From: Octopus sinensis
Lineage: Eukaryota
Reading direction: 5' to 3'
Length of the DNA stretch: 64,000 nt
Assembly (NCBI RefSeq): GCF_006345805.1
Contig: NC_043006.1
Location: 62,930,001 to 62,994,000 of the forward strand
How positions within the stretch are numbered: the first letter of the stretch is position 1; the number at the start of each line of letters is the position of its first letter. This document shows, one piece after another, positions 63,294 to 64,000 of this stretch. Position numbers and translations under genes: made by a program. Below the pieces are notes generated by a model. That model was not told the DNA's origin. It ran no database searches and was given only the letters and a program-made list of their open reading frames with translations.

Positions 63294-64000
63294 TTTGATG
63301 ATGAGAAGGAGCAGGACGACGACGAGGGCACATGCGCAGATTTGTATAAGAACTAATCGGAGACGCCTTTAAGTATTCAAGCGAATACAAGATCTGTGAA
63401 CTCGTTGTTTAGCTCTATGTAGGCTCGCTCCTTGCTGACGACTTGCTTATTTCTCTTGTTTTTTTGTAATTTTGACATATTTCTTATGCACTCACCTTCT
63501 GTGCTATGCCTTGTACTTCGTTGTGTTCTGTCTTAGAATCCTTGAGGCTAATAAGAAAATTATGTATAAAGTCTACATGCGTGTGCATTTCATGTATTCC
63601 GAAACATTGTTTAGTCAATCGTTTCGATCGGATATCACCGTAACGAGTGACAAACTTATTACTATCAGAGATAAACTGAAGATACTTTCCACTTCTGTCA
63701 GGCTCACATAGACTTTTTCAAATTTCACGATGCTGTAGCCCCTCCCCAGAAATCAGCTGATGACAGTGGTGACCGGGGCTTACTGTAAGCATACTCCTAC
63801 AATCCAGAAAGTAACAACTTACAAAAGACGACTTTTTAAAGATGCCATGCTTTTTAAAGACATGTTTCTAGCATGTAGAAGCACGTCTTAGTTTGCAGTT
63901 AATACTTTCTCATAGCTAAGGGAGCGGTTAGACCCAGCATTTACTTATATACTTTTAGTCTGAACACTACGGCTTCTGTGTGGAAAGCTAGGACTAAGAC

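Overview
This is an AT-rich, microsatellite-dense eukaryotic window. The SINE/LINE repertoire suggests an Octopus (coleoid cephalopod) genome; that is inferred from recognised repeat families, not from a search. Only one host coding exon is supportable: 21921-22644 (+), the first coding exon of a GPR158/GPR179/CG31760-type class C GPCR (signal peptide plus N-terminal Cache-type ectodomain). No later exon is recognisable, so the following intron is probably longer than 41 kb. The rest is transposon debris: several tRNA-derived SINE families, a DD36E Tc1, a D34D mariner, a complete internally deleted Helitron, a MITE with an 8-bp TSD, two Gypsy remnants, an RTE LINE, several R4/Dong fragments at (TAA)n, and Penelope-like (PLE) remnants. 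The most striking signal is a non-coding ~345-bp monomer at three loci (10021-10502, 51042-51560, 58374-58957). It occurs head-to-tail and as fold-backs in (TA)n. One strand carries a type I hammerhead ribozyme motif with covarying stems and a palindromic stem III, and one inversion junction falls at the predicted cleavage site. This looks like a non-LTR retrozyme (circRNA-forming) family with PLE-style integration. Every genomic copy here has a core mutation, so activity is unproven. All identities and coordinates were estimated by eye.
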